The notes under the pieces: model-generated
Seen by the model: the letters and a program-made list of their open reading frames with translations, nothing else
Databases searched by the model: none
What the model was told of the DNA's origin: nothing
Program-made: the position numbers and the translations under genes
Virus record (IMG/VR): IMGVR_UViG_3300035145_004174
Span: 1 to 64,000 of that record
Source: a virus
Length of the DNA: 64,000 bases
Reading direction: 5' to 3' (one strand)
In this document: positions 20,493 to 29,318 of the stretch, one piece after another
How the letters are laid out: each line of letters starts with the position of its first letter
Position numbering within the stretch: the stretch's first letter is position 1

Positions 20493-21083
20493 TTGGATTT
20501 TATACTTTTTAGCCTATTAATAGTTTCTTCGATACTATCGGTTGGTTTTTATTTAAAATTTAAAAAAACTTTTAAATATTTGAAAGATATAGAAAATGAT
20601 AATTTTTTAATTCAAGCTAGGTTCAAAGATTTAGAAAAAAATTTAGAGCTAAAAGAAAATCAACATAGACTTAGTATGGAATCGTTAAAAGAATCTTTTG
20701 AGCATGAAAGAAAATCTATAGAAGAAAAAAAGGTAGAAATACAAACCAAGGAAAAAGATTTCCAGATTGCCGTGGCAAAGCTCACCGAAGACCTTGAAGA
20801 GCAAAAAGAATTAAAATCTAAAGTTACCTCTCAGAAAAAAAGTAGCGAAGTTAGGTTGGGGCATATAGCAGAAACTCTTGCTCCTTTTCTAGATCAATTT
20901 GAATTTGAACCAGAAGAATGTTGCTTCTTGGGAAAGCCAATTGATTACGTGTCCTTTGGAGAAGAAGAAATTACATTTATAGAAGTTAAAAGCGGCCAAA
21001 GCCAACTAAGCACAAAGCAAAGAAAAATTAGAGATCAAGTCAAAGCTGGAAAAGTTTCTTGGAAAGAAGTGAGAATAAAATAG
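20493..21083 (+). CDS. Holliday-junction-resolvase-like endonuclease (Endonuc_Holl type) with N-terminal TM and coiled coil
   Basis: SEVRLG.IAE.LAPF, FLGKPIDY, FIEVKSG..QLS..QR.IRD. Confidence 0.85.
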   Translation: MDFILFSLLIVSSILSVGFYLKFKKTFKYLKDIENDNFLIQARFKDLEKNLELKENQHRLSMESLKESFEHERKSIEEKKVEIQTKEKDFQIAVAKLTEDLEEQKELKSKVTSQKKSSEVRLGHIAETLAPFLDQFEFEPEECCFLGKPIDYVSFGEEEITFIEVKSGQSQLSTKQRKIRDQVKAGKVSWKEVRIK

Positions 21084-21131
21084 TTTACGCTTGATTTAAA
21101 CTTTTTTCTATTTATAATCGTTCTATAAACT

Positions 21132-22145
21132 ATGGATACTAAAACTGGAGAATTACTTACTGAAAATATAGCTGGAGTGAATAGAATTTTGCCCCATAAG
21201 CATAAATATGCATGGGATTTATTCTTAAAAAGTTGCGCCAATAATTGGATGCCCACTGAAATATCTATGCAAAACGATATAAAACAGTGGAAAAATAATG
21301 AAATTTCAAAAGATGAAAAATTACTTGTTAAACGCTGTCTTGGATTCTTTGCTGGCTCTGAGTCTTTGGTTGGTAATAATTTGTTATTATCCGCTTTTCG
21401 TTTTATCACGGATGCTGAATGTCGTCAATACATACTTCGTCAAGCCTTTGAAGAGAGCCTTCACAATCTCACGGTAGTTTATATTTGCGACAGTCTTGAT
21501 TTAGATATTGAGGAAGTTTTCGCTGCATACGAGACTATTCCTAGCATAAAAGCTAAAGATGATTTCTTGATGAGTATTACTGATGACATCAGTCGTCAAG
21601 ATTTTGATTCTACAACCAAAGAGGGTAAGCAAGAAATATTGCGCAACTTTTTGACTTATTGGATTGTGTGTGAAGGTACATTTTTCTTTAGTGGCTTTGC
21701 CATGTTGCTAGCTTTAGGAAGGCAAAATAAACTACAGGGTATTTCTGACCAAATTAAATACACATTAAGGGATGAAAGCTCTCACATTGCCTTTGGAACC
21801 TATTTAATTAATACTCTCATAGAGCAAAATCCCGACATCTGGACTAAAGAAATCCAGGATGAGTTCGTTTCACACATTAAAAAAGCTGTTGAGCTAGAAA
21901 TTGCTTATGCTCATGATGTGTTACCAACAGGAATATTGGGGCTCAATGCTGAAATGTTTGTTGACTATATGCATTATATTGGCAATCGTAGATTAGAAGC
22001 TATTGGGCTAGACTACCGCTTCCCAAGCGACAAAAACCCTTTTCCTTGGCTCGGAGAGGTTGTAGACGTTCAAGCTATGGGTAATTTTTTCGAGAGGAGA
22101 GTTAGGGAGTATCAGCAAAGCGGCTCTCTTGAAGATGACTTCTAA
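21132..22145 (+). CDS. nrdB: Ribonucleotide reductase beta subunit, class Ic (R2c)-type
   Basis: FFAGSESLVGNN (E77), RQAFEESLHNLTV (V115 at the radical Tyr position), CEGTFFFSGF, RDESSH, NFFERRV.EY. Confidence 0.95.
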   Translation: MDTKTGELLTENIAGVNRILPHKHKYAWDLFLKSCANNWMPTEISMQNDIKQWKNNEISKDEKLLVKRCLGFFAGSESLVGNNLLLSAFRFITDAECRQYILRQAFEESLHNLTVVYICDSLDLDIEEVFAAYETIPSIKAKDDFLMSITDDISRQDFDSTTKEGKQEILRNFLTYWIVCEGTFFFSGFAMLLALGRQNKLQGISDQIKYTLRDESSHIAFGTYLINTLIEQNPDIWTKEIQDEFVSHIKKAVELEIAYAHDVLPTGILGLNAEMFVDYMHYIGNRRLEAIGLDYRFPSDKNPFPWLGEVVDVQAMGNFFERRVREYQQSGSLEDDF

Positions 22146-23355
22146 AAAGTCTATAACTATAGTCATAGCTTATTATAACTCTTGTAAATACAGAGAAGCA
22201 AATTTTAACTTCGTCAGAAGTCATATATTAAAAAGTGAAATACCTTTGGTTGTTTCTGAGCAATTACCTTTAGGAGAGGCAGCTAAAGATATTTTAGGCG
22301 ATAAATATAAACATATATATCATAATTCTAGTTTACCTTTTCACAAAACAAAACTTCTTAATTTAGCTTTTGATCATGTTGAAACCGATTATGTTCTGTT
22401 TTTAGACTGTGATGTTTATTTCGAATATTCCAAGCTTATAGATTATATTAGCGATCAAAAAGTTCTAAGACCTTTCAGCTCCGTATTCTGCTTAGAAAAA
22501 AATGCCTCCAGTAGATTCATATCGAATGAGACAATAAGCACCGAAAATTCTACGGTTGATAGATTTTTTGGAAAGCATGCGATAGCTTTAAAAAGCTCTA
22601 TCTTTCTTGAGTCTGGAGGGTACGATGAAAATTTCTTTGGATGGGGGTGGGAAGATTTTGATTTTATATTTAATAAATTAAAATATTATCAATTTGATAT
22701 TGTTGAAGATTTGAATGCTGTTCATTTGTGGCATCCTTCGGCAAAAAAAGTTAATGAAAGAAATAATTATCATAGGTTCTTAGAAAACAAAGGTTCCAGG
22801 AAACCTTTAAGCATATGTACTGTAATAGATGAGGATTTTGAAAACCAAAAAATAAATATTGAAAATTTTTTGAACAATCATATTCAATACAATGAACTTA
22901 TTGATTTCACTATGGTTTCTTTTGGTCCTTATGACCCTTACCTTTTCGATTCCATTAAAGATATTTGGGTCAAGTTTCCCTGTGTGAAACATTTTTCTTA
23001 CTCGGATGCTAATGTTCCTTTTTTCGAAAAGATTAACACATCAATTTATTTATCTGAAGGCGAGTCTTTCTTTTATTTTGATTTCAGTTATGATATTAAA
23101 CATTTAAACCTTACAACTTTTTTATCTCTTAGTTCTAGATCTGCTGGTTTTCTTGAGCACGAAAACTTTATAGCATATAAAAGAGATTTTTTCAACCAGC
23201 ATAATGGTTACAAAGAATCATTATCTATTAATGATTGTAATAAATTGTTTAAAACAAAATCAGTTTCTCCTCAACCTTTTAATGTTTGTACTTTTGGAGT
23301 CAGGGATGGGATTAATTATTCAAATTTTAAAAATAATTATTCTGAGCCGATTTAA
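22135..23355 (+). CDS. Glycosyltransferase GT2/GT7-like with C-terminal extension
   Basis: FLDCD, GGYDENFFGWGWED, HLWH. Confidence 0.82.
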   Translation: MTSKKSITIVIAYYNSCKYREANFNFVRSHILKSEIPLVVSEQLPLGEAAKDILGDKYKHIYHNSSLPFHKTKLLNLAFDHVETDYVLFLDCDVYFEYSKLIDYISDQKVLRPFSSVFCLEKNASSRFISNETISTENSTVDRFFGKHAIALKSSIFLESGGYDENFFGWGWEDFDFIFNKLKYYQFDIVEDLNAVHLWHPSAKKVNERNNYHRFLENKGSRKPLSICTVIDEDFENQKINIENFLNNHIQYNELIDFTMVSFGPYDPYLFDSIKDIWVKFPCVKHFSYSDANVPFFEKINTSIYLSEGESFFYFDFSYDIKHLNLTTFLSLSSRSAGFLEHENFIAYKRDFFNQHNGYKESLSINDCNKLFKTKSVSPQPFNVCTFGVRDGINYSNFKNNYSEPI

Positions 23356-23394
23356 CTTGTTTTTAAAATCAAAACATTTATTATTAATTATAAA

Positions 23395-23742
23395 TTGAAA
23401 ATAAAACAATCATACAAGAAAGAAATAATTAATTCTTTACTAGATGTACCATCGAAAGGTAAAAGAAATTTTTGGGGTAGAGAAATAAAATTTTTAAATG
23501 AACTCTATGAGCTTTTTCCAAATGTTGATTTTTGGCTAAAGTTAACTTTTGAAAAAAAATACGACTCACTACTTTTCTTAAAAGGAAACTTTGGAATGTC
23601 TATCTTGAAAAAAAGATTTTTAGAGTTTAACTATAGACCTAGGAAAGTAGATCATATTAATATCTCTGACAAAAAGTATGGCGATAATTTTATTAAAACT
23701 AAACAACCTAAAACTATAAAAGATTTTTTGAAAAATGAGTGA
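23395..23742 (+). CDS. Hypothetical protein
   Basis: 115 aa ORF coupled to recA; TTG start uncertain. Confidence 0.7.
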   Translation: MKIKQSYKKEIINSLLDVPSKGKRNFWGREIKFLNELYELFPNVDFWLKLTFEKKYDSLLFLKGNFGMSILKKRFLEFNYRPRKVDHINISDKKYGDNFIKTKQPKTIKDFLKNE

Positions 23743-24817
23743 TACATTAAAAATAATAGACGACTTTCTCGCCGACAAAGAAAACAAAAAATATCATTAC
23801 AATAATTACCAAGATGATGATTATAAAATTTCTTCTGGAAGTATAAATTTGGATCTAGCTCTAGGTGGGGGCTTCCCTTCTGGAGCTCATAGATTTACAG
23901 GAGTTAATGAAGGGGGTAAAACTAGCTGTGCTTTAACTGTTGCTAAAAATTTCCAAAAACATTTTGGAGAAAAAGGTATGGTTGTTTATGTGAGAAGCGA
24001 GGGTAGACTCAGCCCAGAGTTACTTAATAGGTGTGGTATAGATCAATCTCCAGAAAAATTTTTTAAATTTGATTGTAATATTTTTGAAAAAGTTTTTCAG
24101 TTGATAAGAACTCTAGTAGAAGAAAATCCTGATGACAAAAAATATTTATTTATAATAGATAGTGTGGATGCATTGTGTAGAATTGGCGACTTTGATAAAC
24201 CTTTTGATGAAAGCGAACAGGTTGCTGGCGGAGCTTTGGTCACTTCTGTTTTTCTTAAAAAAATGGTTTTACCAATCACTAAAATGGGACATATGATGAT
24301 ACTCACTTCTCAGGTAAGGGTTGAGGTCGCCGCCAATCCTTATGCTAGTAGAGGTGGCCCCAAGGTAAAACAGGCTGGAGGTAATGCTGTAAAACATTAT
24401 GCAAATTTTATTTTGGAATTCCAAGAAAGGTATACTAATGACATTATATACCCTAATTCTTCTGCGTCTAAAATAGAAGACAAAGGGGATCCAATAGGGC
24501 ATATTTGCAAAATTATTTTCCGAAAAAGTGTCAACGAAAAGACTGGAGGTGTAGTAAGATATCCTATAAGATATGGCCAGACAAATGGTAACAGTATATG
24601 GATTGAGAAAGAAATAATAGATATGATGAAATTATGGGGCTACATAGAACAGAAAGGCGCTTGGATTTCTTTTGACGAAGATGTTGTTAAATTAGCTCAG
24701 TCTAAAAATATAGAATGTCCAGAAAAAATCCAAGGAGAAAATAAGTTGACCCAGTTTATAGAAGAGAATAAAGACTTTACAAATCTTATGCTAGAGCAAA
24801 TACAATCTAATTTTTAA
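23735..24817 (+). CDS. recA: RecA/UvsX-like recombinase
   Basis: SSGSINLDLALGGG, Walker A GVNEGGKTS, IIDSV, SQVR, AGGNAVKHYA, KGAW. Confidence 0.92.
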   Translation: MSDTLKIIDDFLADKENKKYHYNNYQDDDYKISSGSINLDLALGGGFPSGAHRFTGVNEGGKTSCALTVAKNFQKHFGEKGMVVYVRSEGRLSPELLNRCGIDQSPEKFFKFDCNIFEKVFQLIRTLVEENPDDKKYLFIIDSVDALCRIGDFDKPFDESEQVAGGALVTSVFLKKMVLPITKMGHMMILTSQVRVEVAANPYASRGGPKVKQAGGNAVKHYANFILEFQERYTNDIIYPNSSASKIEDKGDPIGHICKIIFRKSVNEKTGGVVRYPIRYGQTNGNSIWIEKEIIDMMKLWGYIEQKGAWISFDEDVVKLAQSKNIECPEKIQGENKLTQFIEENKDFTNLMLEQIQSNF

Positions 24818-25228
24818 ATGAAATTCAAAACTATCCATGGAGGATTAAAAAGAGTACCCAAAGTAAGAAATTATTTAATTGATTGGGATGCAGAAAGCAA
24901 AAGTAAAATTCAATTTAAGACCAAGCAATTTATAAAAGATTTTTGGTATAATAATTTGGTTTTTGAAGAATTTCCAGTTGCTGGAACTAGACTCTCCTTA
25001 GATTTTTATAATGCTACAAAAAAAATTGCCATAGAAGTTCAAGGAGCGCAGCACAGAAAGTATGTCCCTCATTTTCATGGTGGACATAAATCTAACTATA
25101 TTGATCAACTCAGGAGGGATAAGCAAAAACTAGAATTCTGTGAAATAAACGGAATTCATCTTATGGAAGTTTATGATGGAGATGTTTTAGATAAATCTCT
25201 TTTTAAAAAGCATGGAATAAATTTGTAG
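24818..25228 (+). CDS. PD-(D/E)XK / DUF559-like endonuclease
   Basis: LDFY....IAIEVQG.QH....FH...RD..K...C..NGI. Confidence 0.78.
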   Translation: MKFKTIHGGLKRVPKVRNYLIDWDAESKSKIQFKTKQFIKDFWYNNLVFEEFPVAGTRLSLDFYNATKKIAIEVQGAQHRKYVPHFHGGHKSNYIDQLRRDKQKLEFCEINGIHLMEVYDGDVLDKSLFKKHGINL

Positions 25229-25259
25229 TGTATATATTATATATTGAACACTATAAATA

Positions 25260-25508
25260 ATGGAAGATTTCGACCCTAATTCAGAATATCACTTTAGCAT
25301 CCCTAAAGATTTCCTAGAAAGGCTTTATGACTTTACGGGTGGCAAAGAAGGTAATGCTGGCTTTGTTTTAAGTTATGTGAACGACGAAGGCAAAGCATTA
25401 GTTTATACAAGGGCTAGTTCTGAAATAGTAGAAATGGGTTTAAGAAAAGCTTTGGAAAAATATTTAATGCAAATGGAAGAGGGGGAAATCTCTATAGATC
25501 TTCCTTAA
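25260..25508 (+). CDS. Hypothetical protein
   Basis: 82 aa ORF, GTGTA motif upstream. Confidence 0.75.
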   Translation: MEDFDPNSEYHFSIPKDFLERLYDFTGGKEGNAGFVLSYVNDEGKALVYTRASSEIVEMGLRKALEKYLMQMEEGEISIDLP

Positions 25509-25556
25509 TTCTTTTTTTACTATTGTTTTTTTTTATTTTTAAGTTATACATACTTT

Positions 25557-27077
25557 ATGCGTTTGTATAACTATGAATTAGAACAGCATTTAATAGGGGG
25601 GCTACTACAATCACCAGAAGTTTTTTATAAAATTTCTAATTTTGTTTCCGAAAAAGATTTTTTTTCAGATGGTAGTTCTATAAATAGAACACTATTTATT
25701 TTAATTAAATCCTGTATAGAAAAAAATGAATCTGTCGATGAGTATTTAATATCTGAAAAGGTTAAGTCGCTAGGTATAAGTTTTGAGGAGGGGATAGATT
25801 GCTTGGAGTACCTACAAAGTCTTTTATTGAGAAGATGCTCGGAAAGCTCTATAATCGATACAGCTAAGCAACTTAAAATACTAACTCTTAAAAGAGACAT
25901 TTCTCAAATTGGGTCTGATTTAAAATCAAGTATGTCTAGGCCAGATTTAATTAACTATCAAGATATAATAGATAAGGCGGATTCAATATATAATGGTAAA
26001 ATAAATTTTTACGAATCAGGGTCTGATATTCCAGAAAATATTTACGAAAATATGGAAGAAATGATCGAAGAAAGAGGAGAAAATCCCATTGACGATCATG
26101 GACTTGAGGGTCCCCACCAAAGACTTCATGAAATTTATGGATCTCTACTTAGGCCTGGAAATATAAGTGTAATCGTTGCTAGGTCAGGCATAGGTAAAAC
26201 ACAATTTTGTATGGATTTTTGCACAAAAGTTTCTTCCATGAATAATAATGTACCTATTCTTCATTTTGACAATGGAGAGATGAGTATTGAAGAATTGACA
26301 ATGAGACAATGTGCTGCTCTTTCTGGAATTCCATTAAATTTGCTTGAAAGTGGAAGGTGGAGAAATGCTGGAGACGAAGTTGTTAACAAAGTTCGCAGAG
26401 TTTGGAAAAATCTTCAAGGCATGAAGTTTTATTATTATAATTGTGGTGGTATGTCTGTTGATGAAATGGTAAACACAGTAAAAAGATTTTATTTTTCAAA
26501 CGTAGGAAGGGGAAATCAGATGATTTTTAGTTTTGATTATATCAAAACAACATTTCAGCCCTCTGGAAATAAATCTGAATGGCAAATAGTTGGAGAAATG
26601 GTTGATAGGTTTAAAAGATTGATAGCTAAAGATTTGATCTTCGATAAAAAACCTGTAGTATCTATGTTGACTAGTGTTCAAATGAATAGGGTTGGAACTA
26701 GCCGCAATAGAACTGCTGACAATATAGTTGAAGATGAGACTGTAGTATCTTTATCGGACAGGATTACGCAGTTTTGCTCTCATATGTTTCTTCTTAGAAG
26801 CAAAGAGCCAGCTGAAATAGCCGAAGATGGCGAGTTTGGAACCCATAAACTTACTAATATAAAAGCTAGACACTTAGGTCAAGATCCAATGGGTGAAATT
26901 GAGCCAGTAAGAATGGCCGATGGAACTTTAAGAAGAAACTATTTAAATTTAGATTTTAATAATTTTAATATAACAGAAAGGGGTGACCTCAGAGACTTGG
27001 TCGAGCACTTAAGGGTAGAAGGAGTTTCTCCTGACCAAGACGGAGACAGTGACTTACCAAATCTTTTCAATGATTAA
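25557..27077 (+). CDS. dnaB: Replicative DNA helicase
   Basis: DnaB N-terminal domain (ELEQHLIG), Walker A ARSGIGKT, GEMS.EE, FDYI, SVQMNR. Confidence 0.92.
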   Translation: MRLYNYELEQHLIGGLLQSPEVFYKISNFVSEKDFFSDGSSINRTLFILIKSCIEKNESVDEYLISEKVKSLGISFEEGIDCLEYLQSLLLRRCSESSIIDTAKQLKILTLKRDISQIGSDLKSSMSRPDLINYQDIIDKADSIYNGKINFYESGSDIPENIYENMEEMIEERGENPIDDHGLEGPHQRLHEIYGSLLRPGNISVIVARSGIGKTQFCMDFCTKVSSMNNNVPILHFDNGEMSIEELTMRQCAALSGIPLNLLESGRWRNAGDEVVNKVRRVWKNLQGMKFYYYNCGGMSVDEMVNTVKRFYFSNVGRGNQMIFSFDYIKTTFQPSGNKSEWQIVGEMVDRFKRLIAKDLIFDKKPVVSMLTSVQMNRVGTSRNRTADNIVEDETVVSLSDRITQFCSHMFLLRSKEPAEIAEDGEFGTHKLTNIKARHLGQDPMGEIEPVRMADGTLRRNYLNLDFNNFNITERGDLRDLVEHLRVEGVSPDQDGDSDLPNLFND

Positions 27078-28113
27078 GTTAAATTTTAAGGAAACCCTCG
27101 AGAATTTGGGTTATAGATTATTAGATAGAGGAGATTATTGGCAAACTAATGCTTTATTCAGAGGTGGCGATAATAAAACCGCAATACAAATATATAAAGA
27201 TACAGGAGTATGGAAAGATTATGTAAATCAAACTCCATTCATGCCATTTAAAAAGTTAATTCAAGCAACTATCGGCTCTACCGAAGATGAGATGGTAGAT
27301 TCCTTATTAGTAAAGAATGAGCTCTTCGATAACCCTCATGCTAAAATTCCTCAACCTAGAATTTCTATGGAGAAAATATACAAAGAAGATTGTTTATCTA
27401 GATTGCTTCCTCACTATTCGTTTTACGAATCCAGGGGTATATCTATTGAAACCCTTAAGGTATTTAAAGGTGGTTTGTGTACAGAAGGAAAAATGTACCA
27501 ACGTTTTGTTTTTCCTATTTATAATCTTAACGGCAAAATACATGGATTTTCTGGTAGAGATATGGCGGAGTCCAAAGATAGGCCAAAGTGGAAACACATA
27601 GGAACTAAAACTAAATGGGTATTTCCATTCCATATTTCAGAAGCTTTTATAAAAGAAAGTTCTGAAGTTATTTTAGTTGAAAGTATTGGAGATGTTTTAA
27701 GTTTGTACGAGCAAGGAGTAAAAAATGTCTTATGCACTTTCGGGACTCTTATATCCCCGTCGTTAATTTCTATTTTAGTTAGAGTTAATCCTGATAATAT
27801 ATATTTAAGCTTGAATAATGATCGGTCGAATCATAATAATCCAGGGTTATTTGGAGCTTTAAAAAGTTTTTATAAAATAATTCAAGTTATTGATTATAAT
27901 AAAGTTAAAATATGTCTTCCTACAAAAAATGATTTTGGAGAAATGGATGATGATGATTATCATAAATGGTTTTCCAAAAAAAATCTCTGCAATACTGACT
28001 TTGATTATTCCAAACTCATTGAATCTACTGATAAAATGTGTCTTAACCAAGATCAGCCAAAGTCATTGTTAAGCAAAATTAAAAAATTTAAAAAAGAATT
28101 TAAAAATGAATGA
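27070..28113 (+). CDS. dnaG: DNA primase (TOPRIM)
   Basis: SRGIS, RFVFPI, GFSGR, PKWKH, LVES.GDVL, LNND. Confidence 0.85.
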   Translation: MIKLNFKETLENLGYRLLDRGDYWQTNALFRGGDNKTAIQIYKDTGVWKDYVNQTPFMPFKKLIQATIGSTEDEMVDSLLVKNELFDNPHAKIPQPRISMEKIYKEDCLSRLLPHYSFYESRGISIETLKVFKGGLCTEGKMYQRFVFPIYNLNGKIHGFSGRDMAESKDRPKWKHIGTKTKWVFPFHISEAFIKESSEVILVESIGDVLSLYEQGVKNVLCTFGTLISPSLISILVRVNPDNIYLSLNNDRSNHNNPGLFGALKSFYKIIQVIDYNKVKICLPTKNDFGEMDDDDYHKWFSKKNLCNTDFDYSKLIESTDKMCLNQDQPKSLLSKIKKFKKEFKNE

Positions 28114-29173
28114 GGATGTTATTTTATCGGCTAGTAAAATCAAAACAGCACAGAGTTGTAGCTGGAAATACTGGACTAGTTATGTTTTAAAATTGCCTCA
28201 GTCTAGCAACGACGGGGCTAGCAGAGGTTGGATTTGCCACTTGGTTTGTGAGCTTCTTGGTGAGCCAAAGCATAGATCTCATTACAAAAAAATTATAAAA
28301 AAGGGTACTATTCATGCATCCAAAGGAGTTAGTAAATTAGTTAAATTTCATGCGAGAAACTTAAATGTTGACGACTCTGATAACATGGAGTTGATAGATA
28401 TGATGACGGTCAAAGCTCTCTTGTTTGATTTTTTTGGAAAAGAAAGGGGCAAACCTTCTGAATCGATATCAGAACAAGAGTTTAATATTAAAGTCTCGGA
28501 AGATGGCAAGGATTATAAAATAAGAGGTTTTATTGATAAATTATTTCTCTATGACTCTGGAAAAAAAGCTTTAATAAGAGACTTCAAAACTAGTAAACAA
28601 ATTTTTAAAGGCAAAGAAATATCAGATAATTTACAAAATTTAATGTATTGTTTGGCTGTCAAAAAAACTTTTCCTTCAGTTGATGATGTTGAAGTTGAGT
28701 TTTTATTTTTAAAATTTGAATTAGAATCAGATTTACTAGGCAAATCTGGCAAAGGAGTTCTAAAAATGGAAAAAATTAGCAAACATGAGTTAGAAGGGTT
28801 CGAATATCAATTAACATCCATACAGGAATACCTAGAGAACTTCGACGAGGAATGCGCGGTTAGTGATTTCGCTGCGGACAGAAATTATCCAGCAGATGGT
28901 ACTTTTGGAGGCCCTTTAATGTGTGGCAAAGAAGGTTTTAAAAAATCAAGAGGCGAATATGTCCTTGATTCCGATGGTAATAAAATAAAAAATTTTATAT
29001 GCGAACACAGGCTTCCGTTCGACTATTATGAACATTCAGATGAAAATGGTAAAATCATTAAATGTTATAAGGAAAAGCCATCTATAAGTTTGAAAAAAGG
29101 GGAGTCTCTTAATCTTAAAAAATACGAAGGTTGCCCTCATTTCAGGAGTAGCAAATCAGCTTTTTTAGTGTAA
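28106..29173 (+). CDS. PD-(D/E)XK nuclease, RecB/AddB/Cas4-like
   Basis: LSAS....C.WKY, G...H, GFIDKL, IRDFKT, Q.LMY; several C-terminal Cys. Confidence 0.85.
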   Translation: MNEDVILSASKIKTAQSCSWKYWTSYVLKLPQSSNDGASRGWICHLVCELLGEPKHRSHYKKIIKKGTIHASKGVSKLVKFHARNLNVDDSDNMELIDMMTVKALLFDFFGKERGKPSESISEQEFNIKVSEDGKDYKIRGFIDKLFLYDSGKKALIRDFKTSKQIFKGKEISDNLQNLMYCLAVKKTFPSVDDVEVEFLFLKFELESDLLGKSGKGVLKMEKISKHELEGFEYQLTSIQEYLENFDEECAVSDFAADRNYPADGTFGGPLMCGKEGFKKSRGEYVLDSDGNKIKNFICEHRLPFDYYEHSDENGKIIKCYKEKPSISLKKGESLNLKKYEGCPHFRSSKSAFLV

Positions 29174-29181
29174 AATAAGTT

Positions 29182-29316
29182 ATGGCAGTTTTTAAAGACA
29201 TAAAAAATAGTGGACTTGTTTTTGTTAAAGGTCACCTTTTGCTAAAAAAACGTAATAGAAATATTAAATTTTATGCCAAAGAAAAGGGCAATAGTCCACA
29301 TTCTACTGGGGAATAA
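29182..29316 (+). CDS. Small basic hypothetical protein (44 aa, absent from ORF track)
   Basis: MAVFKDIKNSGLVFVKGHLLLKKRNRNIKFYAKEKGNSPHSTGE*; fills the gap exactly; GTGTA-N9-ATG upstream. Confidence 0.5.
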   Translation: MAVFKDIKNSGLVFVKGHLLLKKRNRNIKFYAKEKGNSPHSTGE

Positions 29317-29318
29317 AA

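Noticed and set aside
24818-29173. Nucleases as a restriction or CRISPR-adaptation system
   Set aside because: They are embedded among recA/dnaB/dnaG with no cas1/cas2, array or adjacent methyltransferase; replication/recombination roles are more parsimonious.
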